Shown piece by piece: positions 28,429-39,025 of a DNA stretch of 64,000 nt. Numbering within the stretch: the first letter of the stretch is position 1; every line of letters begins with the position of its first letter. The stretch comes from Polyangiaceae bacterium (lineage in GTDB: Bacteria; Myxococcota_A; Polyangia; Polyangiales; Polyangiaceae): positions 1 to 64,000 of the forward strand of contig JBGANF010000006.1 in assembly GCA_044222475.1 (NCBI GenBank), written 5' to 3'. Made by a program: the position numbers and the translations under genes. The notes below the pieces were generated by a model, which was not told the origin of the DNA, ran no database searches, and saw only the letters and a list, made by a program, of their open reading frames with translations.

Positions 28429-28826
28429 GAATCGCAGCCGGTCTCGCCTTCAGCGTCGTCCTCGCCTGCGGCACGGGTTCCGCCGTCGAGGATGCCTCGG
28501 TGTCCGGTGGGGATGCGACGGCGGATGGCGGCAATGACGGCGGCCCCGACGAGGGGAGTGACGCGGATGCGGCCAGTTTCCCGACCTACAACATCGTCGA
28601 TGGTGGAGGACTGGCGGACGGCGATTCGTCGGTCTGCCGTTCGGGACTCACCGTTACCCAGAGCTGCTGCAATGGGAGCTTTTGCAGGGGGTTTTGCGAG
28701 GGTATGGTGGACGGAGCGGTCCAATGTTCCTGCTACGGAATCGTGGAAGGGTGCGGCGTGGGGCAGGTGTGTTGCCGTGCCTTCCGAGGGTGCGCCAGTG
28801 AGCTAGTGTGCGCGCCTCAGAAGTGA
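28425..28826 (+). CDS. Small Cys-rich lipoprotein, paralog B
   Basis: GTGA overlap with paralog A, lipobox VLAC, and the same Cys framework. Confidence 0.75.
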   Translation: MRIAAGLAFSVVLACGTGSAVEDASVSGGDATADGGNDGGPDEGSDADAASFPTYNIVDGGGLADGDSSVCRSGLTVTQSCCNGSFCRGFCEGMVDGAVQCSCYGIVEGCGVGQVCCRAFRGCASELVCAPQK

Positions 28827-28870
28827 TGATCCGAACTGCCGTCGAACGACCTGACACCAAGCGTCCCGAA

Positions 28871-28943
28871 GAGCCGGATGTGGGGCCCACAAGTCCGGTT
28901 CTGTGAGAGGGGTCCCCGGGGAACCGGGGGGTCCCTACTCGAC
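28871..28943 (+). mobile_element. Group II intron 3' remnant (domains V and VI)
   Basis: DV is GAGCCGGAU-GUGG.GGC.CCAC-AA-GUCCGGUUC, with the AGC triad and a 2-nt bulge. DVI is GAG/AGGG..CCCCGG-GGAA-CCGGGG..CCCU-A-CUC, with the bulged A (28937) the 7th base from a terminal AC. Confidence 0.85.
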
Positions 28944-29003
28944 CGAACCGGCCGCGCACCGTGGCACGATCGAACAGCCGAGCGAGGCCCTGTCAGGCGC
29001 GAG

Positions 29004-29040
29004 CGGACACGGGCACGGACACCGACGCGGAAGCGGACAG
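29004..29040. repeat. Second (CGGANN)-type hexamer tract, same orientation as 25131-25224
   Basis: cggacacgggcacgga (29004-29019) matches 25209-25224 at 15/16. Confidence 0.6.
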
Positions 29041-29059
29041 TGATACAACGGAGACTGCG

Positions 29060-30481
29060 ATGGCGACCCCCGCCGCTCCACCCCTCGTCGTCGGCCGTTA
29101 CGCGCTCTACGACAAGCTCGCGTCGGGCGGCATGGCGAGCGTCCACGTGGCACGCATTCTCGGCGACGCCGGCTTCTCGCGCACCGTAGCGATCAAGCGG
29201 TTGCATCCGCAGTACGCGTCCGACCCCGACTTCGCGGCGATGTTCGTGGACGAAGCGCGTCTCGCCGCGCGGATACGCCACCCCAACGTGGTTCCCACGC
29301 TCGACGTCGTCAGCGAGGCGGGCGAGCTCTTCCTGGTGATGGACTACGTCGAGGGCGAAGCGCTCTCGCAGCTCCTGCGCCTCGCGTTCGCGCGCGGCGA
29401 ATCGGTCTCGGTCGACATCGCCGTCGGCGTGATCGCTGGCGCGCTCCACGGTCTCCACGCCGCCCACGAGGCGAAGAACGAACAGGGCGAGCCGCTCGGC
29501 ATCGTCCATCGCGACGTGTCGCCGCAGAACATCATGGTCGGAACCGATGGGATTCCACGCGTCCTCGATTTCGGCGTCGCCAAGGCGATGGGCCAGCTCC
29601 ACACGACGCGCGAAGGACAGGTGAAGGGGAAGCTCGCGTACTTGGCGCCGGAGCAGATCCAAGGCGGGCACACGTTGACTCGCCAGGTCGACGTGTTCGC
29701 GGCGGGCGTCGTCCTCTGGGAGACGCTGTGTGGCGAGCGCCTGTTCGCTGGCGACAACGAGGGCGCCACGATCGAGCGCGTGTTGCGCCACGAGATCCCG
29801 CTCCCGAGCAAGAGCAACCCCAAGGTGCCGCGCGCGATCGACACGGTGGTCATGCGCGCGCTCGAGCGCGACGTGACCAAGCGCTTCGCGACCGCACAAG
29901 ACATGGCGGACGCGCTCGAGTCCGCGGTGACCCCGGCGTCCGCGCGCCGCATCGGAGACTGGGCGAAGTCGGTGGCGGGCGAGCGCATCGCGAAGCGCGC
30001 AGCCTCGATCAGCGACGTGGAGCGCTCGGGGCCCGTGCTGCCGCCCTCTCCGTCCTCAGGGTCGTTTCCTCAGCTCACTCCCGCAGAGGGCGCCGTGCTC
30101 GCGATGCCGCCTGCGCCTCCACCGGCGCCGCCGCAACGCTCGGCTCTAGTGCCCGTGCTCCTCGGCGTCACCGGGATCGCGATCGCGATCGCCGTCGTCG
30201 CGGTCGTCACGATGCGCGATTCGCCGAGCACCGCCGCGGCGCCGAGCGCGACCGTGTCGACGACGGCGACGTCCGTTTCCTCGGCGATCGCGTCGGCGAC
30301 CGCATCGGCGATCGCGTCGGCCGCTTCCGTGCCGTCGAGCACGTTGGTTCCATCCGCGTCGGTCGTGGCGCCGGTGCGCTCTCTGGCGGGTGCGTCGTCC
30401 CAGAGAAAGGCCACGCCGTCGGCGACGGCAACTGCGAAGGCCTCGGCGACCGCGGACACGAACGTCTTCGGTCGCTACTGA
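29060..30481 (+). CDS. Membrane-anchored Ser/Thr protein kinase
   Basis: GGMASVH, VAIK, HRDVSPQN, DFG and APE, then a TM segment and a Ser/Thr/Ala-rich tail. Confidence 0.93.
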   Translation: MATPAAPPLVVGRYALYDKLASGGMASVHVARILGDAGFSRTVAIKRLHPQYASDPDFAAMFVDEARLAARIRHPNVVPTLDVVSEAGELFLVMDYVEGEALSQLLRLAFARGESVSVDIAVGVIAGALHGLHAAHEAKNEQGEPLGIVHRDVSPQNIMVGTDGIPRVLDFGVAKAMGQLHTTREGQVKGKLAYLAPEQIQGGHTLTRQVDVFAAGVVLWETLCGERLFAGDNEGATIERVLRHEIPLPSKSNPKVPRAIDTVVMRALERDVTKRFATAQDMADALESAVTPASARRIGDWAKSVAGERIAKRAASISDVERSGPVLPPSPSSGSFPQLTPAEGAVLAMPPAPPPAPPQRSALVPVLLGVTGIAIAIAVVAVVTMRDSPSTAAAPSATVSTTATSVSSAIASATASAIASAASVPSSTLVPSASVVAPVRSLAGASSQRKATPSATATAKASATADTNVFGRY

Positions 30482-30489
30482 GCTACGAG

Positions 30490-31344
30490 TCAGTTCGCGT
30501 CGACGACGACGTTGTCGACGCGAAACGCCCAGTTGCCGTTGAAACCCCATCGATCGAGTACGGTCCCCACCGTGGTCATGGGCGTGCCGTTCACCGGCCA
30601 CGCGAACTTGAGCGGGTGCGCGGTGAGCACCTTCGTGCTGTCGAACGAGATGTCGATCGTGTGCTGCACGATGTCGATGTCGAAGCGCACGTGGACCCAC
30701 TTGCCGACGACGAGGAACTGCGTGAGCGAAGCCCAGTCCCACGTGAAGCCGCCGTCGGTTGCGAGCTCGTACTCTTCGAGCTCGGCGTGGTCGGGAAACT
30801 GCAGGAGCCGAGCGCGCCATTCGCCGACTTTCCCGGGACCGTCGAGCCCGAGCTCGAGCGGGACGTCCGCGAAGTTGTTTTGGTTGCCCTTGAGGTCCAT
30901 GCGAACGTCGGCCTCGAAGCGCAACGACTTCTTGACGGCGAACGCGATCGAACGCGTGACGTAGCTCTCGGTGCTCGAGCTGTCGGGGACGTCCATCGCG
31001 AAGAGCGACGCGGGCGCGGAGATCGCGGCGTCGGTGTCGATGAGTAGGATGCAGCCAGGACACTGGCTCTTCTTGGTCCAATTGAAGCCGACCGGGTTGC
31101 CGAGGTCGAAGTCGTCGCAGAAGAGCGGCTGGGCATCGAGGCTCTTGCAGAACTGGGTCTTCGCATCGTTGATCGAGCCGTCGGTGACCGGCATCGCATC
31201 GCCGCCGTCGGGTGCGAAGGCGTCCGTCGTGACGTCGGACGTGGAGCCGTCGATGGGTCCCTCGACGTAGTCCTTGTCGATGCCGACGACCGCCGCGCAT
31301 CCGGCGACGGCAAGTACGCCGACCGTGACGGCGACGCGCCTCAC
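30490..31344 (-). CDS. Hypothetical lipoprotein, beta-sandwich-like
   Basis: Lipobox VAGC, LFCDDFD, W.HV and DNVVVD. GTGA coupling to the upstream gene. Confidence 0.8.
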   Translation of the reverse strand: MRRVAVTVGVLAVAGCAAVVGIDKDYVEGPIDGSTSDVTTDAFAPDGGDAMPVTDGSINDAKTQFCKSLDAQPLFCDDFDLGNPVGFNWTKKSQCPGCILLIDTDAAISAPASLFAMDVPDSSSTESYVTRSIAFAVKKSLRFEADVRMDLKGNQNNFADVPLELGLDGPGKVGEWRARLLQFPDHAELEEYELATDGGFTWDWASLTQFLVVGKWVHVRFDIDIVQHTIDISFDSTKVLTAHPLKFAWPVNGTPMTTVGTVLDRWGFNGNWAFRVDNVVVDAN

Positions 31345-32342
31345 CAGCTGCCCTCCGCGCCGACGAACGCACCGCCGGCGACTGGTCCCAAAATGGGACG
31401 AATCGACGCGTCGGTGCGCGCGCGCGGCTCGGTGAGGACGAGCACGATCGTCGTCACCGCGGCCGCTCCGAAGACGACGAAGCTGATCGTGCTCACGAGG
31501 GCGAGCGTCTTCGCGCTGTCGGCTGCTTGCTTTCCGGTCGCGTCGCAGACGACGTCGACGCAGTGCGCGTCGATGTCCGGTTTCTTCCCGAGCACCATCG
31601 CGCCGGTCACGGCGCCCACGCCGAGACCGGCGACCGCGAGCCCGCCGGCGGCGAACGTCCAGCCCTTGTGCGTACCGACGTCGGCTGGGCTCGGCGGGGG
31701 CCGGTCGTCGGGCGGCCGCGGCGGTGGGACGACGGGGTCGGCGGGGGCGACCGGCGCCGGCGCCGGGAGTGTGAGCTCCACGACCTTGGTCTCGCCCTCG
31801 GCGAGGCTGAAGCGTTGTTCGGTCTTGCCGCCGTCGGCGGTGACGACGGCGACGAGGTGTTCGCCGGGATCGACGGGGAGGGGACCATTGAGCGAGGCGG
31901 CTCCGAGCTCGGTGCCGTCACGAATGACCTTCGTGCCCTTCGGTGCAGGCGGTAGGCGGAGCGTGAGCTGTGGCACGCGCGGGGTGAGGCGCGCGATCTG
32001 ATCGGTGGCGATCTTCTCGCGCGCGCGCTGCCGAGCTTGTTCGTCGCCCGGGAGTTGATGGTAGTCGCCGAGGTAGTCCTGGAAGTGGGCGACCGAGCTC
32101 GCGACCTTGCCCCAGCGCGCTTCACACTCCGCGAGGGTGAAGAGCTCGCCGGGGTGCGGATCGAGGCGGTAGCTGTCCGCGATGGCGGGGCAACCGGTGG
32201 CGTACCGTCCGGCCTGCATGTCCGCGAGGCCGCGGTCGAAGAGCGCGCGCGCGGCGGCGGCATCTTGGGCGAGCGCCACCGCGGGCGCCATCATCGCGGC
32301 GGCGGCTGCGAGCCCGACGAATGTCTTCGAGGTCGACCCCAC
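31341..32342 (-). CDS. TPR/PEGA-like protein with C-terminal TM segments
   Basis: AAARALFDRG...C......SY.LDP, LA.CE...G, and V.RDG...PLPVDPGEH. Confidence 0.85.
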   Translation of the reverse strand: MGSTSKTFVGLAAAAAMMAPAVALAQDAAAARALFDRGLADMQAGRYATGCPAIADSYRLDPHPGELFTLAECEARWGKVASSVAHFQDYLGDYHQLPGDEQARQRAREKIATDQIARLTPRVPQLTLRLPPAPKGTKVIRDGTELGAASLNGPLPVDPGEHLVAVVTADGGKTEQRFSLAEGETKVVELTLPAPAPVAPADPVVPPPRPPDDRPPPSPADVGTHKGWTFAAGGLAVAGLGVGAVTGAMVLGKKPDIDAHCVDVVCDATGKQAADSAKTLALVSTISFVVFGAAAVTTIVLVLTEPRARTDASIRPILGPVAGGAFVGAEGSW

Positions 32343-32425
32343 CCTTCGAGGTTATCTCGTGATCTCCCCAACCGGTGCGGATTCGGAGTACGAGCCGGGC
32401 AGAAAGTTTCGTTTGACGGTCGCCG

Positions 32426-33577
32426 TCATCGCAGCGGGCTCAGATCGTCGAGGAGGCGCCTCGCGGCAACGGCTCTCACGTCGTTCGTGAGCGCATACGT
32501 CGTCTCGCCCGCATGGACCACGTCGAGCCGGTCGAGCTTCAGATCCGCGAGCGCGCTCCGCATGCTCGGCGTCACCCGCGGCGCATCCGTTCGCTTCACT
32601 TCGAAGCCGAAGCGCTTCCTTCCACGGACTACCAAGAGGTCGAGCTCGGCGCCGTCTTGCGTGCGCCAGAAGTGGCATTCGTCACGGCGCGCGCCCAAGC
32701 GCGCCATGATCTGCTGGAGCATGAAGCCCTCCCACGACGCGCCGAGCTTCGGGTGCACGTCGAGGTCGTCGCGGGTCGTGATCCCCAGCAGCGCGTGGAG
32801 CAGTCCGCTGTCGGCGACGAACACTCGGGGTGACTTGACCTGCCTCTTTGCAAGGTTCTCGTGAAATGGACGGAGCACGCGCACGACGAACGTCTTCTCG
32901 AGCAGGTCGAGGTAGTCGCGCATGGTGACGTCCGACAACCCCAGCGAGCGTCCGAGCTCGGAGGCGTTCCAAAGTTGGCCGTGCCAGTGCGCGAGCATCT
33001 TCCAAAAACGCTCGAGCAGCGCGGGCGACACCCTGGAGCCGAGCGCGGGTACGTCGCGTTCGAGGAACGTTCGTAGGAACTCGCGCCGCCACGTCGCACT
33101 GGCGCGCTCGCTGTTCGCGAGGAAGCTCCGAGGGAATCCACCGCGGAGCCACAAACGATCGGACCGCGAACGTGCGATTTCGTCGAGCGCGAAGCCTTCG
33201 ACCTCGACGTGAGCGATGCGCCCGGCGAGTGACTCGGAGCTTTGCCGAAGGAGCTCGGGCGATGCGCTTCCGAGGACCAAGAACTTCGCCTTCTTTCGGT
33301 CGGCGAGAACGCGTAGCGCAGCGAAGAGGTCCGGCCGCCGCTGTACCTCGTCGATCACGACGAGGCCGCGCAACGAACCGAGGGCCAGCGTCGGCTCCTC
33401 GAGCCGCGCCAAATCGGGGCCGTTCTCCAGGTCGAGGAACGTGGCTGCCTTCCGCTTCCGTGCGATCTGACGTGCGAGCGTGCTCTTGCCCACCTGGCGC
33501 GGTCCGAGCAGCGCGACGACGGGGAACTCGCGGAGGCGCGTTTCGACGAGAGCCTCGAGTCGTTCACGCCGGAGCAT
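32426..33577 (-). CDS. AAA_14 ATPase with a DUF4143 domain
   Basis: GPRQVGKST, VVIDEVQ, LGSAS..SESLAGR, RGGFP, DSGLL, and C-terminal ELDL...FEVK. Confidence 0.92.
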   Translation of the reverse strand: MLRRERLEALVETRLREFPVVALLGPRQVGKSTLARQIARKRKAATFLDLENGPDLARLEEPTLALGSLRGLVVIDEVQRRPDLFAALRVLADRKKAKFLVLGSASPELLRQSSESLAGRIAHVEVEGFALDEIARSRSDRLWLRGGFPRSFLANSERASATWRREFLRTFLERDVPALGSRVSPALLERFWKMLAHWHGQLWNASELGRSLGLSDVTMRDYLDLLEKTFVVRVLRPFHENLAKRQVKSPRVFVADSGLLHALLGITTRDDLDVHPKLGASWEGFMLQQIMARLGARRDECHFWRTQDGAELDLLVVRGRKRFGFEVKRTDAPRVTPSMRSALADLKLDRLDVVHAGETTYALTNDVRAVAARRLLDDLSPLR

Positions 33578-33590
33578 GGACCCAAGTGTA

Positions 33591-33623
33591 CTGTAATTTC
33601 GAGATATGGGTTCGAAATTACAG
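33591..33623. promoter_or_regulatory. AT-rich 12-bp inverted repeat next to the promoter of the AAA_14 gene
   Basis: ctgtaatttcga-N9-tcgaaattacag. A minus-strand TACACT (33585-33590) lies 7 nt before the ATG. Confidence 0.65.
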
Positions 33624-33635
33624 GGTACTAGCGGA

Positions 33636-34565
33636 CTAGATTTTCTTCTCCCGCTTCAGCCTCTTCTTCTCGACCGCGAGCATCCTCTTGAACTGCGTCT
33701 TCTCCGACGGCTTCCTGCCGGGCAGTCCCACCTGCTCCTCGTGGTCCTCGAGGAACGTCCCCGGCGACTCGCCCAGCTCGAAGAGCGTCACCTCGCGCTG
33801 CGCGCGCGCCCCGAGCCGCAGCGGCATCACCGCCGCACCGAGCCCCGCTCCGACGTAGACTGCACCTTCGCCGCGCCTCGTCCCGTAGAGCCCGTGGACG
33901 TACTTGTGACCGACGAGCCGACCGAGCGCGAGCTCGTGGAGCCTCGCCAGCGTGAACTGCCCCGCGTGGGTGTGCCCCGCGAGCACGAGCGGGACGCCGT
34001 GGCTCCACAGCTCGTCCGCCTCTTCCGCGATGTGGGACAGACCCAGCGTCGGGAGATCGTGACGCATGCCCCTCACCGCGCGCTCGACGTCGCCGTGGCC
34101 GGTGTACGTGTCGTCGACGCCGACGAGCTGGAGGCGCTCGCCGCGCAGCTCGATCACGGTGTTCGCGTTGCGCAAGACGAGCGCGCGCTGACGCTCGAGC
34201 GTGTGGATGACCTCGTCGGCGCCGGACCAATAGTCGTGGTTGCCGAGCACGCAGACCACCGGAGCCGTGATCGCGCCGATCACGTAGCCGAGCTCGTCGA
34301 GGTACTTCTGCGAGTGGCACACGAAGTCGCCGGTGACGACCACCAGGTCCGGGTTCTCGGCGTTGGCCAGCGAGACCGCCTCCTCTTGGATCTTCAGCGG
34401 AGTGACGCGCCCGACGTGGAGGTCGGTGAGGTGCGCGATGCGGAGCGGCTTGGTCAGGCGCTCGGCGTGCATTGCGGGCCCGGCAAAGCGTCGCGTTCGG
34501 ACCTTCCCGAAGCGTTGTGGATCGGCGGGGCGGAGGAGCCCCTCGGCCACATCGATGAGCGGCAT
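33636..34565 (-). CDS. Calcineurin-like metallophosphoesterase
   Basis: TDLH, TGDF, LGNHD, SH and AGHTHAGQ. Confidence 0.92.
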   Translation of the reverse strand: MPLIDVAEGLLRPADPQRFGKVRTRRFAGPAMHAERLTKPLRIAHLTDLHVGRVTPLKIQEEAVSLANAENPDLVVVTGDFVCHSQKYLDELGYVIGAITAPVVCVLGNHDYWSGADEVIHTLERQRALVLRNANTVIELRGERLQLVGVDDTYTGHGDVERAVRGMRHDLPTLGLSHIAEEADELWSHGVPLVLAGHTHAGQFTLARLHELALGRLVGHKYVHGLYGTRRGEGAVYVGAGLGAAVMPLRLGARAQREVTLFELGESPGTFLEDHEEQVGLPGRKPSEKTQFKRMLAVEKKRLKREKKI

Positions 34566-34611
34566 TCCGGCCAGCGTAACATCTCGCGCGCGTGCTACAC
34601 AGCCTCGCGCG

Positions 34612-35271
34612 ATGGATCGCGAGCTCTCCACGATCGCGCAGCGCGTGGCGCGGCGATACGCCTCGGTGTCGGCGCGCATGTACGCGCGAGGAAAGCTCGG
34701 CAGCGATCCGATCGCCGCGCAGCTCTTGCGCGTCGGGCGCGAGCTCGGCTCGCTCGGCCGCGTCGTCGACGTCGGCTGCGGGCGCGGGCAGATGGGGCTC
34801 CTCGCGCTCGAAGCGGGGCTCGCGACCGAGGTCGTCGGCTTCGACTGGGACGAAGGGAAGATCCGCGACGGCAACCAGGCCGCCGCGGTCGATCCGCCGC
34901 TCGCCGCTCGGTTCGAGCGCGGGGACGTCCGCGAGCACGCGATCCCCTCCGGGGACACGCTGCTGATGTTCGACGTGCTCCACTACCTGACCGACGTCCA
35001 ACAAGCGGCCCTCGTCGACCGCGTCGCCGCTGCCGGTCACCGTACCATTTTGGTACGAGAGCTCGACCCCGACCGCGGATGGCGGAGCTTCACGACGCGC
35101 GCGCAGGAGACGGTGACGACGTTCTTCGGCTACAACGTCGGCGAGCGCGTGCGCGTCCGGCCCATCGCCGACGTCACCAAGGCCCTCGAAGCGGCCGGCT
35201 ACTCCGTGTCCGTCGAGCCGAGCTGGGGGAGCACGCCGTTCGCGAACGTCGCGATCAAGGCGATCCGCTAG
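34612..35271 (+). CDS. Class I SAM-dependent methyltransferase
   Basis: VVDVGCGRG, GFD and DVLHY. Confidence 0.88.
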   Translation: MDRELSTIAQRVARRYASVSARMYARGKLGSDPIAAQLLRVGRELGSLGRVVDVGCGRGQMGLLALEAGLATEVVGFDWDEGKIRDGNQAAAVDPPLAARFERGDVREHAIPSGDTLLMFDVLHYLTDVQQAALVDRVAAAGHRTILVRELDPDRGWRSFTTRAQETVTTFFGYNVGERVRVRPIADVTKALEAAGYSVSVEPSWGSTPFANVAIKAIR

Positions 35272-35790
35272 TCAGCGAACGGGTTCGCAGGTGCGTGACT
35301 GAGCGCACGTGAATCCTGGGCTGCACGGTGGATTGCACAGGGCGACGCATGCCCCCGCGTTGCACGAATACCCCGGAGAACAAGGCGGATCGCACCCGGG
35401 AGCGGTCGAGGCGCTCGGCGCTGCGGAGGGCGCGGTGGCACTTCCATCGATGCGGAACGCGAGGCCACGAATCGTGTACCCCTGCTCGTTGCACCGCGGC
35501 TCCTGGTGGGGCTCGGTGATCGTCACGATCTCCACATAGGTCGCGCCCCTTCGGCCCGCTTCGTTTCGAAGCAGCACGAGCGCACCCTCGTAGGTGCCGG
35601 TGGGCGACATCGCGCTGCAGCCGCCGCCATGGGTCACCTCGATCGGTCCCAACTCTCGAGCGCCAACGGGAGGGTCGGCTTTGCCGACCCGAACTTCGGC
35701 GCCGCGCGGCGACAGCGCCACCGTCTCGGGGTTGCAGCTCGTCGAAGCCAAGAACGCAAACACCGCAGCCAGTCCGATTCGCCGAAGCAT
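35272..35790 (-). CDS. Lipoprotein, DUF4156-like, with a Cys-rich C-terminus
   Basis: Lipobox STSC, LRNEA...GA.YV, and two C.PPCSPG..C repeats. GGAGG RBS. Confidence 0.75.
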   Translation of the reverse strand: MLRRIGLAAVFAFLASTSCNPETVALSPRGAEVRVGKADPPVGARELGPIEVTHGGGCSAMSPTGTYEGALVLLRNEAGRRGATYVEIVTITEPHQEPRCNEQGYTIRGLAFRIDGSATAPSAAPSASTAPGCDPPCSPGYSCNAGACVALCNPPCSPGFTCAQSRTCEPVR

Positions 35791-35829
35791 CGACCTCCGA
35801 TACTGAACTTCTTCGCCATCGTCGAGCCT

Positions 35830-36579
35830 TCAGAGTCGGCCAGGGGGGGCCACCTCGAAGACGACGTCGGCATCGAAGCGCTCGCCGAACAGCGGGGCGG
35901 TCGCTCGGGCCGCTTCCTCGACCGTGGGCGCGTCGCGGCCGAGCGACGCGAGCGACGCGACGCCATACTCCTTGATCCCGCACGGGACGATCGCGTCGAA
36001 GTCCTCGAGGGTCGTCGACACGTTGAACGCGAACCCGTGCATCGTGCACCAACGCGACAGCCTCACTCCGATCGCCCCGATCTTCGCGACGCGGCGGTGC
36101 GGGAACGCGGTGTCCCCCTCGGCGAGCGGCACCCAGCGGTCCGGCGAGTCGAGGTCGACCCACACGCCCACGTACTTCGGGTCGGGCGGCATCAGGCCCG
36201 CCGAGACTCCGAAGACCTTCGCGAGCGCGATCATGATCTCGGCGAGGTCGCGCACGTAGCGCCGAACGTCCTGTCGATCGGGCCTCAGGTCGAAGATGGG
36301 GTACGCCACGAGCTGCCCGGGCCCGTGGTACGTGACGTCGCCGCCGCGGCCCGTCTCGACCAGCGCGATGCCGCGCTTGGCGCGCTCCGCCTCCCCGAGG
36401 ACGACGTTCTCGGCGTGGGCGCCGCGACCGAGGGTGATCACCGGCGGGTGCTCGAGGAGGAGCAACGTGTCCCCGACGCGCCCCTCGATCCGCGCGCGCA
36501 GCAGATCCTCCTGGAGCGCATGAGCGCGCGCGTAATCGACTCGACCGAGCCAGCGGGCGCTGATGCTACGGCGCCTCAC
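35830..36579 (-). CDS. lipB: Octanoyltransferase
   Basis: LLEHPPVITLG, RGGDVTYHGPGQL, KIGAIG, HGFAFN and IVPCG. GTG start overlaps the upstream stop. Confidence 0.95.
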   Translation of the reverse strand: MRRRSISARWLGRVDYARAHALQEDLLRARIEGRVGDTLLLLEHPPVITLGRGAHAENVVLGEAERAKRGIALVETGRGGDVTYHGPGQLVAYPIFDLRPDRQDVRRYVRDLAEIMIALAKVFGVSAGLMPPDPKYVGVWVDLDSPDRWVPLAEGDTAFPHRRVAKIGAIGVRLSRWCTMHGFAFNVSTTLEDFDAIVPCGIKEYGVASLASLGRDAPTVEEAARATAPLFGERFDADVVFEVAPPGRL

Positions 36580-37478
36580 TTCTTCGGCTTCGCCGCGACG
36601 TAGAGCGCACGATCGATCACGTTGGGCCACCCTTGGACGTACAGCCGGCATCCGTCGGGCGAGAGCCACGTCGGCGTCTGGACCTTCTGCAGGCCGTCGA
36701 TGGCGATCGGCTGCGGGTCCTTGGCGACCCACGTGCCGCCCGACTTCCGCATCTCGTGCAGCGACGCCGTGTCGAAGGTGTTCCCCTCGCCGTAGTAGAG
36801 GATCGTTTCGCTGGCGTTCACCACGACGCCGTTCGTGCTCACCGGCACGCCGGGCAGCGGCGCCGGAACACCGGGCTTTCCGGCGCCGTCGATCGCGACG
36901 CGCATCGGCCCAGGACCCGTGCCGAAGTAGAGCGCGCCATCGTTCGCCACGAAGGGCATCACCATGTGGACCTGGGGATCCGAGAGCCAGACCTCGGCGG
37001 CGGTGAAGTCCTTCGCGTCGCTCGCGATGCGATGGATCGCGTTCTTTCCCGCGACCAGTGCGGAGAAGTAGATCGTCTTCCCGTCGGTGGAGAGGGCAGG
37101 GTACGCGTGGGCGACGGTCGACGAGGCGGCCCGCTCGTCGGCGCCGACGAACCCGGAGCCGACGCGATCGGCGACGAAGATCTTCGTCGTGCCTCCCTGG
37201 TCGGCGTCGAACACGGCGAAGCGTTCGTTGGTCGCGTCGATGCGGAGGATGCCCGAGAGCGGGATGGCTCCAGCGTCCGCCGCCGAGCGATAGTCGACGA
37301 GGACCGCCTTGCCGAATGGCGCGTCGAGATCGCAGGCCGGACCGGCGGCGTCGCTCCCAGCGTCGGCGGGAGGCGCGGTGTCGACCGCGGCGTCCTTGGG
37401 TTGGGTCGGCTCTTCGCTCGAGCAGGCCATCGTCATCCCAAAAAGGGACAAGAGCGCGATCGTGCTTCGGTGACCCAT
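36576..37478 (-). CDS. Lipoprotein with PD40/TolB-like repeats
   Basis: Lipobox TMAC, PALSTDGKTIYF and LSPDGCRLY. Confidence 0.8.
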   Translation of the reverse strand: MGHRSTIALLSLFGMTMACSSEEPTQPKDAAVDTAPPADAGSDAAGPACDLDAPFGKAVLVDYRSAADAGAIPLSGILRIDATNERFAVFDADQGGTTKIFVADRVGSGFVGADERAASSTVAHAYPALSTDGKTIYFSALVAGKNAIHRIASDAKDFTAAEVWLSDPQVHMVMPFVANDGALYFGTGPGPMRVAIDGAGKPGVPAPLPGVPVSTNGVVVNASETILYYGEGNTFDTASLHEMRKSGGTWVAKDPQPIAIDGLQKVQTPTWLSPDGCRLYVQGWPNVIDRALYVAAKPKK

Positions 37479-37479
37479 G

Positions 37480-38994
<1,515 letters not shown>

Positions 38995-39025
38995 TTAGCT
39001 CAAACTCCGCCGAACGGCATGGGCG

